Assembly (NCBI GenBank): GCA_018824725.1
Contig: JAHJGB010000077.1
Coordinates: 1-44,347 of the forward strand
Direction: 5' to 3'
Length of the DNA stretch: 44,347 nucleotides
Source: Candidatus Omnitrophota bacterium
GTDB taxonomy: Bacteria; Omnitrophota; Gorgyraeia; Gorgyraeales; Gorgyraeaceae
In this document: positions 1-8,835 of the stretch, piece after piece
Numbering within the stretch: position 1 is the first letter of the stretch
Layout: each line of letters begins with the position of its first letter
Translations under genes and position numbers: made by a program
The notes under the pieces: model-generated
Databases searched by the model: none
What the model was told of the DNA's origin: nothing
What the model saw: only the letters and a program-made list of their open reading frames with translations

Positions 1-246
1 CTTACGGCTCATTTTTTATACCGAAGGTAGTCTTGACGGTATAAAAACTTCGCCGTAATTCCTTGCGGACTTTTGCCGAAATTTTTCTAATGCGCCTCAG
101 GCCCCAGCTAGCTCAGCGGCAGGGCGAGAATCAGCTGCGGAGCGAAGGTTGCCTCACTGGGGCAACCGAGCGCCCGTCGGTAAAGCCTAAGGATGGCGCA
201 AGTCCCGAGCGAAGCGAGGGGCGTCTTTTCGTAGGCCTGCCAGGGG
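1..246. repeat. GC-rich MITE-like intergenic element, copy 1 (left end cut by window edge)
   Basis: Bases 1-109 match 10475-10583 with 4 transition mismatches by eye. Bases 221-246 (gcgtcttttcgtaggcctgccagggg) match the end module seen at 10596-10628 and, reverse-complemented, at 3541-3565. Perfect 10-bp hairpin at 14-23/37-46. Confidence 0.75.
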
Positions 247-260
247 TTGACAAACATAAT

Positions 261-2159
261 ATGATAGACCTCAAAAAGCACCTTAATTCTTCTCAGTTTT
301 TAGCTGCCACGACCATAGACGGCCCTGTGCTTGTTATTGCAGGCGCAGGATCAGGCAAGACAAGGGTCATAGAATACAGAGTCCTGAATCTTGTTCAAAA
401 CGGGGCGGAGCCGGCTTCCATACTGCTTTTGACATTTACCAGAAATGCATCCAGGGTTATGCTTTCGCGAGCCGCTGCCCACAATCCCAGGTGCTCAGCA
501 GTAGAAGGCGGGACGTTTCATTCGTTTGCGTATAAGGTGTTAAAACATCATGGAAAAGCCCTGGGTTTTACCAATTCATTTTCTATCCTTGATGAGGCTG
601 ATGCTATAGACGCTGTAGGCAAATGCTCAGGCAATATTAATATTTCCGAGCGGGACAGGAAATTCCTTAGAAAAAATACAATAAGAAGCATAATAAGCAT
701 GTCTATAAACAAGCATAGTTCTGTGGAAGATATCATTGAAAAAGAATATCCGCACCTGGCAGAATACAGCGAATATATAAAAAATGTAAAGTCGAAATAC
801 GTTAAATATAAAACAGAAAAAAACTATCTGGATTACGATGATATGCTGGTTTATCTCAAAAAGCTGCTGGAGGATGACGCTATCAGGAAAGCCGTTGCGT
901 CAAAATATAAATATATAATGGTTGATGAATACCAGGATACAAACAGGCTTCAAGGCGATATCAGCTATTTATTGGCCAAGGCCCACAAAAATATCATGGT
1001 TGTGGGAGATGACGCCCAGAGCATATACGGCTTCAGGGGCGCCACTCATAAAAATATAATGGATTTTCCTGTGATGTTTCCGGGGTGTGTGATAATCAAG
1101 CTGGAAGAGAATTACAGGAGCACGCAGCCTATCCTGGACGCGGCCAATTCTGTGCTTTCTGAGATGGCCAGTAAATATGACAAAAGGCTTGTATCCGGCC
1201 TGAGTCACAGGGGGGCAAGGCCCCAGATGTGGTTTTTTGGAGACGCGTATGAAGAGGCGGAATGGATTGCAGATAAAATGATAGAGCTGAAACATAGCGG
1301 TATACCGCTTGACAGGCAATGTGTATTGTTCCGCTCAAGTTATATCTCAATAGCTCTGCAGGCAGAGTTAAACAAAAAAGGTATATCTTATAATCTAATG
1401 GGCGGCATGAGATTTTACGAAAGCGCTCACGTAAAAGATGTTGTAGCGCATTTGAAAATCATGGCAAATCCCAAAGACGAGTTATCCTGGCACAGGGCAT
1501 TGGAACTGATAGAAGGCATAGGGCCTAAGACAAGCGAAAAGATTTTGAAGGATATCAGCGCGGGCGATCTTTCAAAATATGAAAAGGGTTTTAAGTATTC
1601 TCATGGCATCCAGAGGTTTAAATTATTGATAGAAAGCCTTTCAGATGCAAAGGCCGGGGTAGGGGAAAAGTTTGAGGCAGCTTTTGACTATTACAGCCCT
1701 TTGATGAAAACAAAGTTTGATGATTGGAATACCAGGGTGAATGACTTGGAGACATTGAAAAAGATAGCCCATAGATACGATTCTCTCCAAGACTTATTGA
1801 GCGATTTTGCGATAGAGCTTCCTGATTCTCACACAGGCCACCAGCAGGCAGAGCATAAAAAACAGCCTACGCTTTCCACTATCCATTCCGCAAAAGGCAT
1901 GGAGTGGGAAGCGGTATTTTTGATAGGGCTTATTGACGGGGTGTTTCCCGTGAGTTTTTCCTTGGGCGATGATGAAAGCATAGAAGAAGAGCGCAGGTTA
2001 TTTTATGTGGGGCTCACAAGGGCGAAGAGCCATTTATTTATTACATTCCATCATGAAAATAACCGCGGCCCAATGAATCAGTTTAATAAAATCTCAAGAT
2101 TTATTGATAATTCCAGCATCATGTCCAGGCTGGAGCAGAGAGTTATAAAAGATATTTAG
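261..2159 (+). CDS. UvrD/PcrA/Rep-type SF1 ATP-dependent DNA helicase
   Basis: ORF 63-2159 trimmed to ATG 261 (MIDLKK...) because 63-246 is repeat DNA. Helicase motifs visible: AGAGSGKT, DEYQDTN, VGDDAQSIYGFRGA, ENYRST, TIHSAKGMEWEAVF, YVGLTRAK. Confidence 0.9.
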   Translation: MIDLKKHLNSSQFLAATTIDGPVLVIAGAGSGKTRVIEYRVLNLVQNGAEPASILLLTFTRNASRVMLSRAAAHNPRCSAVEGGTFHSFAYKVLKHHGKALGFTNSFSILDEADAIDAVGKCSGNINISERDRKFLRKNTIRSIISMSINKHSSVEDIIEKEYPHLAEYSEYIKNVKSKYVKYKTEKNYLDYDDMLVYLKKLLEDDAIRKAVASKYKYIMVDEYQDTNRLQGDISYLLAKAHKNIMVVGDDAQSIYGFRGATHKNIMDFPVMFPGCVIIKLEENYRSTQPILDAANSVLSEMASKYDKRLVSGLSHRGARPQMWFFGDAYEEAEWIADKMIELKHSGIPLDRQCVLFRSSYISIALQAELNKKGISYNLMGGMRFYESAHVKDVVAHLKIMANPKDELSWHRALELIEGIGPKTSEKILKDISAGDLSKYEKGFKYSHGIQRFKLLIESLSDAKAGVGEKFEAAFDYYSPLMKTKFDDWNTRVNDLETLKKIAHRYDSLQDLLSDFAIELPDSHTGHQQAEHKKQPTLSTIHSAKGMEWEAVFLIGLIDGVFPVSFSLGDDESIEEERRLFYVGLTRAKSHLFITFHHENNRGPMNQFNKISRFIDNSSIMSRLEQRVIKDI

Positions 2160-2163
2160 TGAA

Positions 2164-2196
2164 GGGAGTCCGACTCCCTATGGGAGTCGGACTCCC
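2164..2196 (+). terminator. 15-bp stem hairpin just after the helicase stop (gggagtccgactccc-tat-gggagtcggactccc)
   Basis: The two 15-mers are exact reverse complements separated by tat. There is no T-run after the stem, so terminator function is uncertain. A further related unit (actccc aac gggagt cgggcttccat) extends to 2230. Confidence 0.4.
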
Positions 2197-2244
2197 ATAG
2201 ATAGACTCCCAACGGGAGTCGGGCTTCCATAGATAAAGGTTCAT

Positions 2245-3477
2245 ATGGTTTTCCGAGCGTTAAGGTACAAGAATTTCAGAATTTTTTTCTTCGGCCAGGG
2301 TGTCTCTCTTATAGGCACCTGGATGCAGCATGTTGCAATGAGCTGGCTTGTGTACAGGATGACAGGTTCCGCGTTTATGCTGGGCGTGGTGGGATTTGCC
2401 AGCCAGTTCCCGACTTTTATTTTATCGCCTTTCACGGGAGTGCTTGCAGACAGGCATAACAGGCACAAGATACTTGTTTTAACACAGGCACTTGCGTTAT
2501 TGCAGGCCCTGATTTTGGCAATTCTCACAATGACAGGAAATATTCAAGTCTGGCATATAGTAGTTATGGGTATATTTTTAGGGTGTATAAATAGCCTTGA
2601 CATACCGGTACGGCAGTCTTTTATATTGCAGATGATAGAAGAAAAAGAAAATCTTGGGAATGCCATAGCATTGAATTCAATGATGTTTAATATGGCAAGG
2701 CTAGTAGGGCCTTCGATAGCAGGGGTGCTGATAGCTATTGCGGGGGAAGGTGTGTGTTTTCTTGTTAATGCCGTAAGTTATGTGGCTGTTATAGCTTCTC
2801 TGGTTGCAATGGATGAAGGGATAAAAATCAGAAAAGACAAAAGAGAAGATTATAATATATTCAAGGATTTAAAAGAAGGTTTTAATTATGCTTTCGGGTT
2901 TCAGCCTATCAGGGCGATTCTATTGTTATTGGGCATCATAAGTCTGATGGGCATGTCTTATGCTGTACTGATGCCTGTTTTCGCAAAGGATGTGCTGGGA
3001 GGCGGGCCCCATACGCTGGGTTTTCTTATGGCAGCTGTGGGATTGGGCGCATTGGCAGGCACGGTATATCTGGCGTCAGGGAAAAAGGCAATTGTGTTTG
3101 GAAATACATTGCCTGTTTCAGCAGGCATATTCGGGATAGGCATAACAGCGTTTTCTTTTTCGCATAATATGTGGGTTTCTCTTTTCTTGTTATTTATAGC
3201 AGGGTTTGGTATTATGGTCCAGATGGCTGCCAGCAACACAATATTACAAACCATTGTCGATGATGATAAGCGCGGCAGGGTAATGAGTTTTTATACAATG
3301 TCATTCATGGGCATGGCTCCCCTGGGAAGCCTTCTGGCAGGCGGCATGGCAACAAGATTTGGCGCAGGTAATACGCTGGTAATCAGCGGGATATGCTGCA
3401 TAATAGCAGCTGTGATATTCTTTTTTAAAATCCCATTTTTAAGAAATATAGCAAGGAGGCCGGAACAGATTTATTGA
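2245..3477 (+). CDS. MFS transporter (MFS_3 / EntS-like exporter type)
   Basis: 410 aa with about 12 hydrophobic spans. The N-terminus FRALRYKNFRIFFFGQGVSLIGTWMQ...GVLADRHNRHKIL is typical of this MFS subfamily. Confidence 0.8.
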   Translation: MVFRALRYKNFRIFFFGQGVSLIGTWMQHVAMSWLVYRMTGSAFMLGVVGFASQFPTFILSPFTGVLADRHNRHKILVLTQALALLQALILAILTMTGNIQVWHIVVMGIFLGCINSLDIPVRQSFILQMIEEKENLGNAIALNSMMFNMARLVGPSIAGVLIAIAGEGVCFLVNAVSYVAVIASLVAMDEGIKIRKDKREDYNIFKDLKEGFNYAFGFQPIRAILLLLGIISLMGMSYAVLMPVFAKDVLGGGPHTLGFLMAAVGLGALAGTVYLASGKKAIVFGNTLPVSAGIFGIGITAFSFSHNMWVSLFLLFIAGFGIMVQMAASNTILQTIVDDDKRGRVMSFYTMSFMGMAPLGSLLAGGMATRFGAGNTLVISGICCIIAAVIFFFKIPFLRNIARRPEQIY

Positions 3478-3504
3478 AGATATTCTGGAAGTTTGACATC
3501 AAGG

Positions 3505-3693
3505 CCTCGGCGATTCGAGCGGGCACGGTGTTCCGCCAGCTCTGGCAGGCTTTCGAAAAGACGCTCGGACGCCCCAGCATGGCGTCCTTCGCTCATTGCT
3601 TTTTCTCGCTCGTCACGATGCCTATTCGGCATCGTGACACCATGCCCGCTCAAAAAAGCGATGCTTTTCTCAAACCTGCCAGAGCTGGCGGAA
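3505..3693. repeat. GC-rich MITE-like element, copy 2 (short form) with perfect 19-bp terminal inverted repeats
   Basis: ttccgccagctctggcagg (3531-3549) is the exact reverse complement of cctgccagagctggcggaa (3675-3693). 3505-3531 matches 10395-10421 at 26/27. There is an internal perfect hairpin gtcacgatgcc-tattc-ggcatcgtgac (3612-3638). The ORFs predicted here (3474-3854, 3493-3849, 3471-3770) are translations of the repeat. Confidence 0.75.
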
Positions 3694-3750
3694 CGAGCCA
3701 GATCCTTCGCTTCACTCAGGATCGTCCTGATCCTGAGGAGAATATACAAT

Positions 3751-3791
3751 GGAAGCCCGACTCCCATCATAATGATGGGAGTCGGGCTTCC
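3751..3791. repeat. 41-nt perfect palindrome (ggaagcccgactcccatcat a atgatgggagtcgggcttcc)
   Basis: The 20-nt arms are exact reverse complements. It shares the gggagtcgggcttccat unit with 2214-2230. Confidence 0.8.
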
Positions 3792-3861
3792 ATCAATCTG
3801 TTTATCCTTTATAATACGGCTATTTTATGCTATAATCTTTGTTCAATAATCTAGTTACGAT

Positions 3862-3937
3862 GGGGCAGTAGCGAAGTTGGTATCGCGCCGCAATGGCATT
3901 GCGGAGATCACGAGTTCAAATCTCGTCTGCTCCACCA
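3862..3937 (+). tRNA. tRNA-Ala (anticodon GGC), CCA encoded
   Basis: A manual cloverleaf fold gives exactly 76 nt. Acceptor stem is ggggcag/ctgctcc with the G3:U70 alanine identity pair. D arm is gcga-agttggta-tcgc. Anticodon arm is ccgca-atGGCat-tgcgg. T arm is acgag-ttcaaat-ctcgt. Discriminator is A followed by CCA. Confidence 0.92.
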
Positions 3938-3957
3938 AATCCGCCTAAGGCGGATTT
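3938..3957 (+). terminator. Hairpin after the tRNA (aatccgcc-taa-ggcggatt followed by t)
   Basis: 8-9 bp stem directly after the tRNA 3' end, with a short T tail. A second hairpin gtccgcc/ggcggac lies at 3966-3989. Confidence 0.4.
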
Positions 3958-4020
3958 GATCCTGAGTCCGCCAAAGTTCTGCGGCGGACGAAGGACCTGA
4001 ATAACTTTACAAAAGTTAAA

Positions 4021-6483
4021 ATGACGCAAGAATTTTATCCATTTAAGGATATCGAGGCAAAATGGCGTAAAAGATGGGAGGAGATGGGCCTGTTTAAGAT
4101 GCAACAGGATTCTCCCAAAAAGAAGTATTACTGCCTCATGATGTTTCCTTATCCTTCAGCAGCGCTTCATGTGGGCCATGGCAGGAATTATATAATAGGC
4201 GATTCAGTTGTCCGGTATAAGATAATGCGCGGGTATAATGTTTTGTCGCCCATGGGATTTGACGCATTCGGCCTGCCCGCAGAAAACGCCGCAATAAAAA
4301 ACGGAATCCATCCTGAAATTTCAACCCTTAATAATATAAAGACGATGAGAAGGCAGTTTGACTCGTGGGGCGCAGGTTATGACTGGGACAGGGAAGTGGT
4401 GTCGTGCCTTCCTGAATATTATAAATGGACCCAGTGGATATTTTTACAGCTCTATAAAAAAGGCCTTGCGTATAAGAAAAAGGCGTCTGTGAACTGGTGC
4501 CCTTCGTGCCAGACAGTGCTTGCCAATGAGCAAGTGATAGACGGAGAATGCGAGAGGTGCTCTTCGCAGGTTACATTGCGGGATCTGGAGCAGTGGTTTT
4601 TTAAGATTACAGAATATAGCCAGCGGCTCCTGGATGACCTGCAGCTATTAGAAAACTGGCCTGAACGGGTAAAACTGATGCAGAAGAATTGGATCGGCAG
4701 AAGCCAGGGCGTGGAAATAGATTTTAAGGTTAAGGATTCGGATATCATCCTCAGGTGTTTTACCACCAGGGTAGACACTATCTACGGCGTAACTTATATG
4801 GTGATCAGCAATGAACATCCTGCTATCCCTGAACTGATAAAAGACGCGCCCGATAAAAAAGAAATAGAAAAATTTGTGGAAGAAACAAGGAAAGAGAATG
4901 CCGCTGACAGAATAGGGGCTGATATTGAGAAAAGAGGGGTATTTACAGGAAAATTTGTTATTAATCCTGTTAACAATAAGGCTGTGCCTCTATGGATAGG
5001 GAATTATGTAGTGATAGAATACGGCACAGGCGCTGTAATGGCAGTGCCTGCTCATGACCAGAGGGATTTTGAGTTTGCGAAAAAATACGGCCTTGGCATA
5101 GAGGTCGTGATTGATAATCCAAAAGATCCGCTGGATGCCGAAAAGATGAAAGAGGCATATATTGAAGAAGGTGTAATGGTGAATTCCGGAAAGTTTAACG
5201 GCATCCCGAGCCTTGAGACAATCGAAAAAATAGCTGATTTTATGGAGGAGGAAAAAATCGGCAAAAGAGAAGTGCATTATAAATTGAGAGATTGGCTTAT
5301 ATCAAGACAGAGATATTGGGGCGCGCCCATACCCATGATTTACTGCGATAAATGCGGGATACAGCCTGTTGATGAAAAAGACCTGCCTGTAATATTGCCA
5401 AAGAATATTAAATTCAAACCGCACGGGGAATCCCCGCTTAAAAACGCGCCCGAATTTGTAAAAGTAAAATGCCCTAAATGCGGCGGAGGTGCCAGGCGCG
5501 AGATAGATACAATGGATACGTTTGTGGATTCCAGCTGGTATTTTCTGAGATATCTTTCTCCGAAAGAAGATAAAAAGCCTTTTAATAAAGAGCTTGTAAA
5601 TAAATGGCTCCCTGTTGACCAGTATATAGGAGGGGTGGAACACGCGATACTGCATTTATTATATTCAAGGTTTATAGTCAAGGTTTTATACGACATGGGG
5701 TATATCGGTTTTAAAGAGCCGTTTGCCAAACTTTTTACCCAGGGCATGATCACCAAGAACGGCATAAAGATGTCAAAATCAAGAGAAAATGTCGTAAGTT
5801 CGGACGGCCTGATAGAAAAATACGGGGCAGATACAGTAAGGCTTTATACGCTTTTTATAAGCCCGCCTGAAAAAGACGCGGAATGGAGCGATAGAGGAGT
5901 GGAAGGGGCGTGGAGATTTTTAAATCGCGTATGGAGGCTGATGGAAGATAGCCATCAGCCATCAGCCATCAGCCGTCAGCTTGATGAAAAAGGCTCTGAC
6001 TTAAAAAGAAAAACCCATGCCACGATTAAAAAGGTTACAGAAGACATGGAAGGAACTTTTCATTTTAATACAGCAATTAGTGCTATAATGGAACTTGTTA
6101 ATGAAACCTATGATTATATTGGCCTGAAACCTGAAGCCTGTGGCCCGGAACTAAGAGAAGCTATTCAAACAGTTGTAATTTTATTGGCGCCGTTTGTCCC
6201 GCATGTTGCTGAAGAAATGTGGCAGAAACTCGGCAATAAAGAAAGCGTGTTTAATGCCGAGTGGCCTATGTATGATAAAAACGCATTGAGCCAGAATACA
6301 ATCGAATTTCCTATCCAGATAAACGGGAAGCTGAGGTCAAAGATAGAGGCGCCTTCCGCGGCAGGCGAGGATGAAATTAAAAAGTTAGTTTTAAAAGACC
6401 AGATAGTTATTAAATGGCTGGAAGGCAGAACGCCTAAAAGGATTATAATTGTAAAAGGCAAGCTGGTAAATCTGGTAGTGTAA
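4021..6483 (+). CDS. leuS: Leucyl-tRNA synthetase
   Basis: 820 aa. It has the class I HIGH motif (HVGHGRNY) and KMSKS motif (GIKMSKS), Zn-knuckle Cys pairs (CPSC..CERC, CDKC..CPKC), a CP1 editing insertion and overall LeuRS colinearity. Confidence 0.95.
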   Translation: MTQEFYPFKDIEAKWRKRWEEMGLFKMQQDSPKKKYYCLMMFPYPSAALHVGHGRNYIIGDSVVRYKIMRGYNVLSPMGFDAFGLPAENAAIKNGIHPEISTLNNIKTMRRQFDSWGAGYDWDREVVSCLPEYYKWTQWIFLQLYKKGLAYKKKASVNWCPSCQTVLANEQVIDGECERCSSQVTLRDLEQWFFKITEYSQRLLDDLQLLENWPERVKLMQKNWIGRSQGVEIDFKVKDSDIILRCFTTRVDTIYGVTYMVISNEHPAIPELIKDAPDKKEIEKFVEETRKENAADRIGADIEKRGVFTGKFVINPVNNKAVPLWIGNYVVIEYGTGAVMAVPAHDQRDFEFAKKYGLGIEVVIDNPKDPLDAEKMKEAYIEEGVMVNSGKFNGIPSLETIEKIADFMEEEKIGKREVHYKLRDWLISRQRYWGAPIPMIYCDKCGIQPVDEKDLPVILPKNIKFKPHGESPLKNAPEFVKVKCPKCGGGARREIDTMDTFVDSSWYFLRYLSPKEDKKPFNKELVNKWLPVDQYIGGVEHAILHLLYSRFIVKVLYDMGYIGFKEPFAKLFTQGMITKNGIKMSKSRENVVSSDGLIEKYGADTVRLYTLFISPPEKDAEWSDRGVEGAWRFLNRVWRLMEDSHQPSAISRQLDEKGSDLKRKTHATIKKVTEDMEGTFHFNTAISAIMELVNETYDYIGLKPEACGPELREAIQTVVILLAPFVPHVAEEMWQKLGNKESVFNAEWPMYDKNALSQNTIEFPIQINGKLRSKIEAPSAAGEDEIKKLVLKDQIVIKWLEGRTPKRIIIVKGKLVNLVV

Positions 6484-6490
6484 TAGGGCT

Positions 6491-7678
6491 ATGTTTAAAA
6501 AAATAATTTTATTTATTAGCTTTATATTTTTATTCTTCACGCAACAAATTTTTGCCGATATAGTTTATTTAAAAAACGGCAACAGGCTCAGGGGTATTAT
6601 TACAAAAGAAACCGATAAATCTGTGGAGTTAAAAATAAATCCCGGGGCTAAGGTTACATTTTCCAAAGATGATGTAAAAAGCATAGATAAGGAAACCGAA
6701 GGGCAGCATGCAAAACTGGAAGAGGAGTGGGGCATTGGAAAGAACAAATCAGAGGTTAAAGAGATAGCAAAAGATGCCTTTGAAGAAGAACAGTTAGAAA
6801 AAGGACTTGTTAAATATAAGGACAAATGGGTGACTCCCGAAGAGAAAGAAAGGCTTCAGGTCGCAGGCCTTGCCAGAGATGCGGATAAAGGAGCGGATGA
6901 AAAAAAATTTGTGTTAAAGGGCGATAAGGATACGGCAAGGTCAAATAGTGCTAAAAAATTATTGTCCAAGGGGAACTGGTTTTTACGCGAAAGCGAACAT
7001 TTTTCAATATTTTACAGGGATCTTAGCCAGGCTAAGATAGTGGGAGACAAGGCAGAATATTATTTCGAAAAGATTGTTTATGACCTGGGATACGAGAAAG
7101 ATCTGAAGTGGGATAAAAAGTGCCAGGTGTTTATAGTTGAGAGCACTGATAAGTGGAAGGATTTCTTGAAAGGCGTAGGATTCAATTCTGATTTGATAGG
7201 AGGCTTCGTCCCTAATTACGGAGAAAAAGAGATGTTTTTATGCGCCATATCAGATGGATACCTGGCCTTAACATTCCCTCATGAATTGACCCACCTTATT
7301 TTTAAAGATATTGCAGGCAAAAATACCATACCGCTATGGCTGAACGAGGGCCTGGCAAATTATGAAGCAAACCTAACCAGCATTTCAAACGAACTTCTTA
7401 CAAAAAGCATAAAACGGGGCACGCACATACTCTTGGGGGATCTTCTGCGCATAACCGTTTATCCTGAAGGGAAGGAAACGAGGGAGCTTTTTTATGCGCA
7501 GTCGGAAAAATTAGTGGAGTTTTTGATAGCGCAATATGGCAGGGAAAAATTCAGAAAATTCTGCGATCTTATACTTAAGGATAAAGCCTTTAAAGACGTT
7601 ATTTCTGTTGTTTACGCTAAGGACTTCAAAGATATAGAGGATTTTAATATAAAGCTGGTGGAGTATATTATAAAGTAA
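6491..7678 (+). CDS. Secreted protein with C-terminal Peptidase_MA-like zinc metallopeptidase domain
   Basis: N-terminal signal-like hydrophobic segment. HELTH (HExxH) is followed by WLNEGLANYE, the usual third-ligand region of Peptidase_MA_2-type domains. Confidence 0.6.
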   Translation: MFKKIILFISFIFLFFTQQIFADIVYLKNGNRLRGIITKETDKSVELKINPGAKVTFSKDDVKSIDKETEGQHAKLEEEWGIGKNKSEVKEIAKDAFEEEQLEKGLVKYKDKWVTPEEKERLQVAGLARDADKGADEKKFVLKGDKDTARSNSAKKLLSKGNWFLRESEHFSIFYRDLSQAKIVGDKAEYYFEKIVYDLGYEKDLKWDKKCQVFIVESTDKWKDFLKGVGFNSDLIGGFVPNYGEKEMFLCAISDGYLALTFPHELTHLIFKDIAGKNTIPLWLNEGLANYEANLTSISNELLTKSIKRGTHILLGDLLRITVYPEGKETRELFYAQSEKLVEFLIAQYGREKFRKFCDLILKDKAFKDVISVVYAKDFKDIEDFNIKLVEYIIK

Positions 7679-7702
7679 GGCAATAAAGCCGCGCAATTTT
7701 TT

Positions 7703-8158
7703 ATGAATAGAATAAGATACTTTGTAGCAGTTTTTGGGGCTGCGATATTTTTGATTTCAGTTAATTTTTGCCAGGCCGGTGACAGCAAAGAAGATATCGT
7801 TGCTTATATAAAAGAGGTATCTCCCATTATTACAAATGTGGACATTACAATAAGAGGGATAGGGTTTAACACCCTGCCTATGCAAGAAGGCGTTAAGCGC
7901 CTCAATATATCCATAGGCCAGTTGTCTTTCATGGAATGCCCTCCCAGCATGTCAAAACAGTATAAGGCTATTTTATTGGCGTTTAAAAAAATAAGGGCAG
8001 GGCTTTTATTATTTTCTTTAGAGAAAAAAGATATAGCCGTGGGTTTGATTAAAAATGGGACCAGGTTATTAAAATACGCGGCAAAGGATATATTGGCCAT
8101 AGCGGAAAGAGAAGGCATCAGGAAACCAGCGGATAGATCAGTAAAAAAAGGAGAGTGA
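7703..8158 (+). CDS. Hypothetical secreted protein
   Basis: 151-aa ORF with an N-terminal signal-like segment (FVAVFGAAIFLISVNFCQA). No recognisable domain. Confidence 0.5.
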   Translation: MNRIRYFVAVFGAAIFLISVNFCQAGDSKEDIVAYIKEVSPIITNVDITIRGIGFNTLPMQEGVKRLNISIGQLSFMECPPSMSKQYKAILLAFKKIRAGLLLFSLEKKDIAVGLIKNGTRLLKYAAKDILAIAEREGIRKPADRSVKKGE

Positions 8159-8835
8159 TGCGGATGAGGAGATTTTTTAAAGAGGCTGTTTTTTTACTCA
8201 TTTTTTTAAATTTAACATATTCCGCCGTCTATTCTTTAGATGACAAGGAAAGGCTTGGCATTCAGTCTGCGCAAACTCAACAACAGCAGCAGATTTATCA
8301 AAATCAACAGCCTCAAAGGCCGATACTTCCGCCTGTTGTGCCTTTATCGCAACTGGGGATATCTCCTACGCCTTCTCCTCAAATTACAGCGCCTCTTATT
8401 CCGCCTACAGCTATTACCCCGCCTTCATTTCCTCCCAACTATCAGCCTGCTACTATACAGACTAATTATCAGAGTTCCCCGGCTCAGGCAATATTGCCAA
8501 ACACAAATGTCCCGACAGAATTGCCTCAGATACCAATTATCGGTAATTCCATCGGGAAGGTTATAAGCAGAGGCTCAGAAAAGGACGGCCTTCCGTGGAT
8601 AGAAGTAAAGGACGAAATTTTTAACGAAACCTTGAAAATAAAAATCAATCCTAAAACTACGCCTGTGATAAAGAAATCGACTGTCATGAGTTTCCCAGAC
8701 ATAAATATAGGCGATACTGTAAATGTCATTTTCAACCAGCAGGATGAAAATATAATAGCAAATTTTATCAGCATATTAACAGAGGAAGATTTGAAGGCAA
8801 TGGAAGAAAGCTTACCCGCTCCTTCCGAAGAATGA
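8158..8835 (+). CDS. Hypothetical secreted Pro/Gln-rich protein
   Basis: ORF 8155-8835. ATG at 8158 follows aaaggagag and overlaps the previous stop. It has a signal-like N-terminus, a Q/P-rich low-complexity linker and a small C-terminal beta-rich-looking domain. Confidence 0.5.
   Translation: MRMRRFFKEAVFLLIFLNLTYSAVYSLDDKERLGIQSAQTQQQQQIYQNQQPQRPILPPVVPLSQLGISPTPSPQITAPLIPPTAITPPSFPPNYQPATIQTNYQSSPAQAILPNTNVPTELPQIPIIGNSIGKVISRGSEKDGLPWIEVKDEIFNETLKIKINPKTTPVIKKSTVMSFPDINIGDTVNVIFNQQDENIIANFISILTEEDLKAMEESLPAPSEE

Noticed and set aside
33-61. Sigma70-like promoter inside the repeat core (TTGACG, 17 nt, TAATTC)
   Set aside because: The -35 hexamer is good but the -10 matches the consensus at only 2 of 6 positions. 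The TTGACG also sits in the loop and stem of the hairpin. Sequence alone does not support a promoter.
63-260. N-terminal 66-codon extension of the helicase ORF (TTG start at 63)
   Set aside because: It is a translation of the GC-rich repeat element (1-246), which recurs non-codingly at 10475-10628. The conserved helicase N-terminus begins at ATG 261.
2164-2230. Possible CRISPR array suggested by the repeated gggagtc.gactccc units
   Set aside because: There are only three units, they are directly abutting or separated by 3-8 nt, and they are in alternating orientation. There are no spacers of regular length and no cas genes, so these are palindromic hairpins and not a CRISPR array.
3471-3854. 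Three overlapping ORFs (3474-3854 +, 3493-3849 +, 3471-3770 -)
   Set aside because: All of them lie on inverted-repeat and palindromic DNA shared with other intergenic regions. The Arg/Ala/Ser-rich products are typical of translated GC-rich repeats, and there is no RBS or domain.
8240-8566. 108-aa alternative-frame ORF inside the Pro/Gln-rich gene
   Set aside because: It is an out-of-frame reading of low-complexity CAA/CAG/CCT-rich sequence. The 8158 frame has the signal peptide and the RBS.
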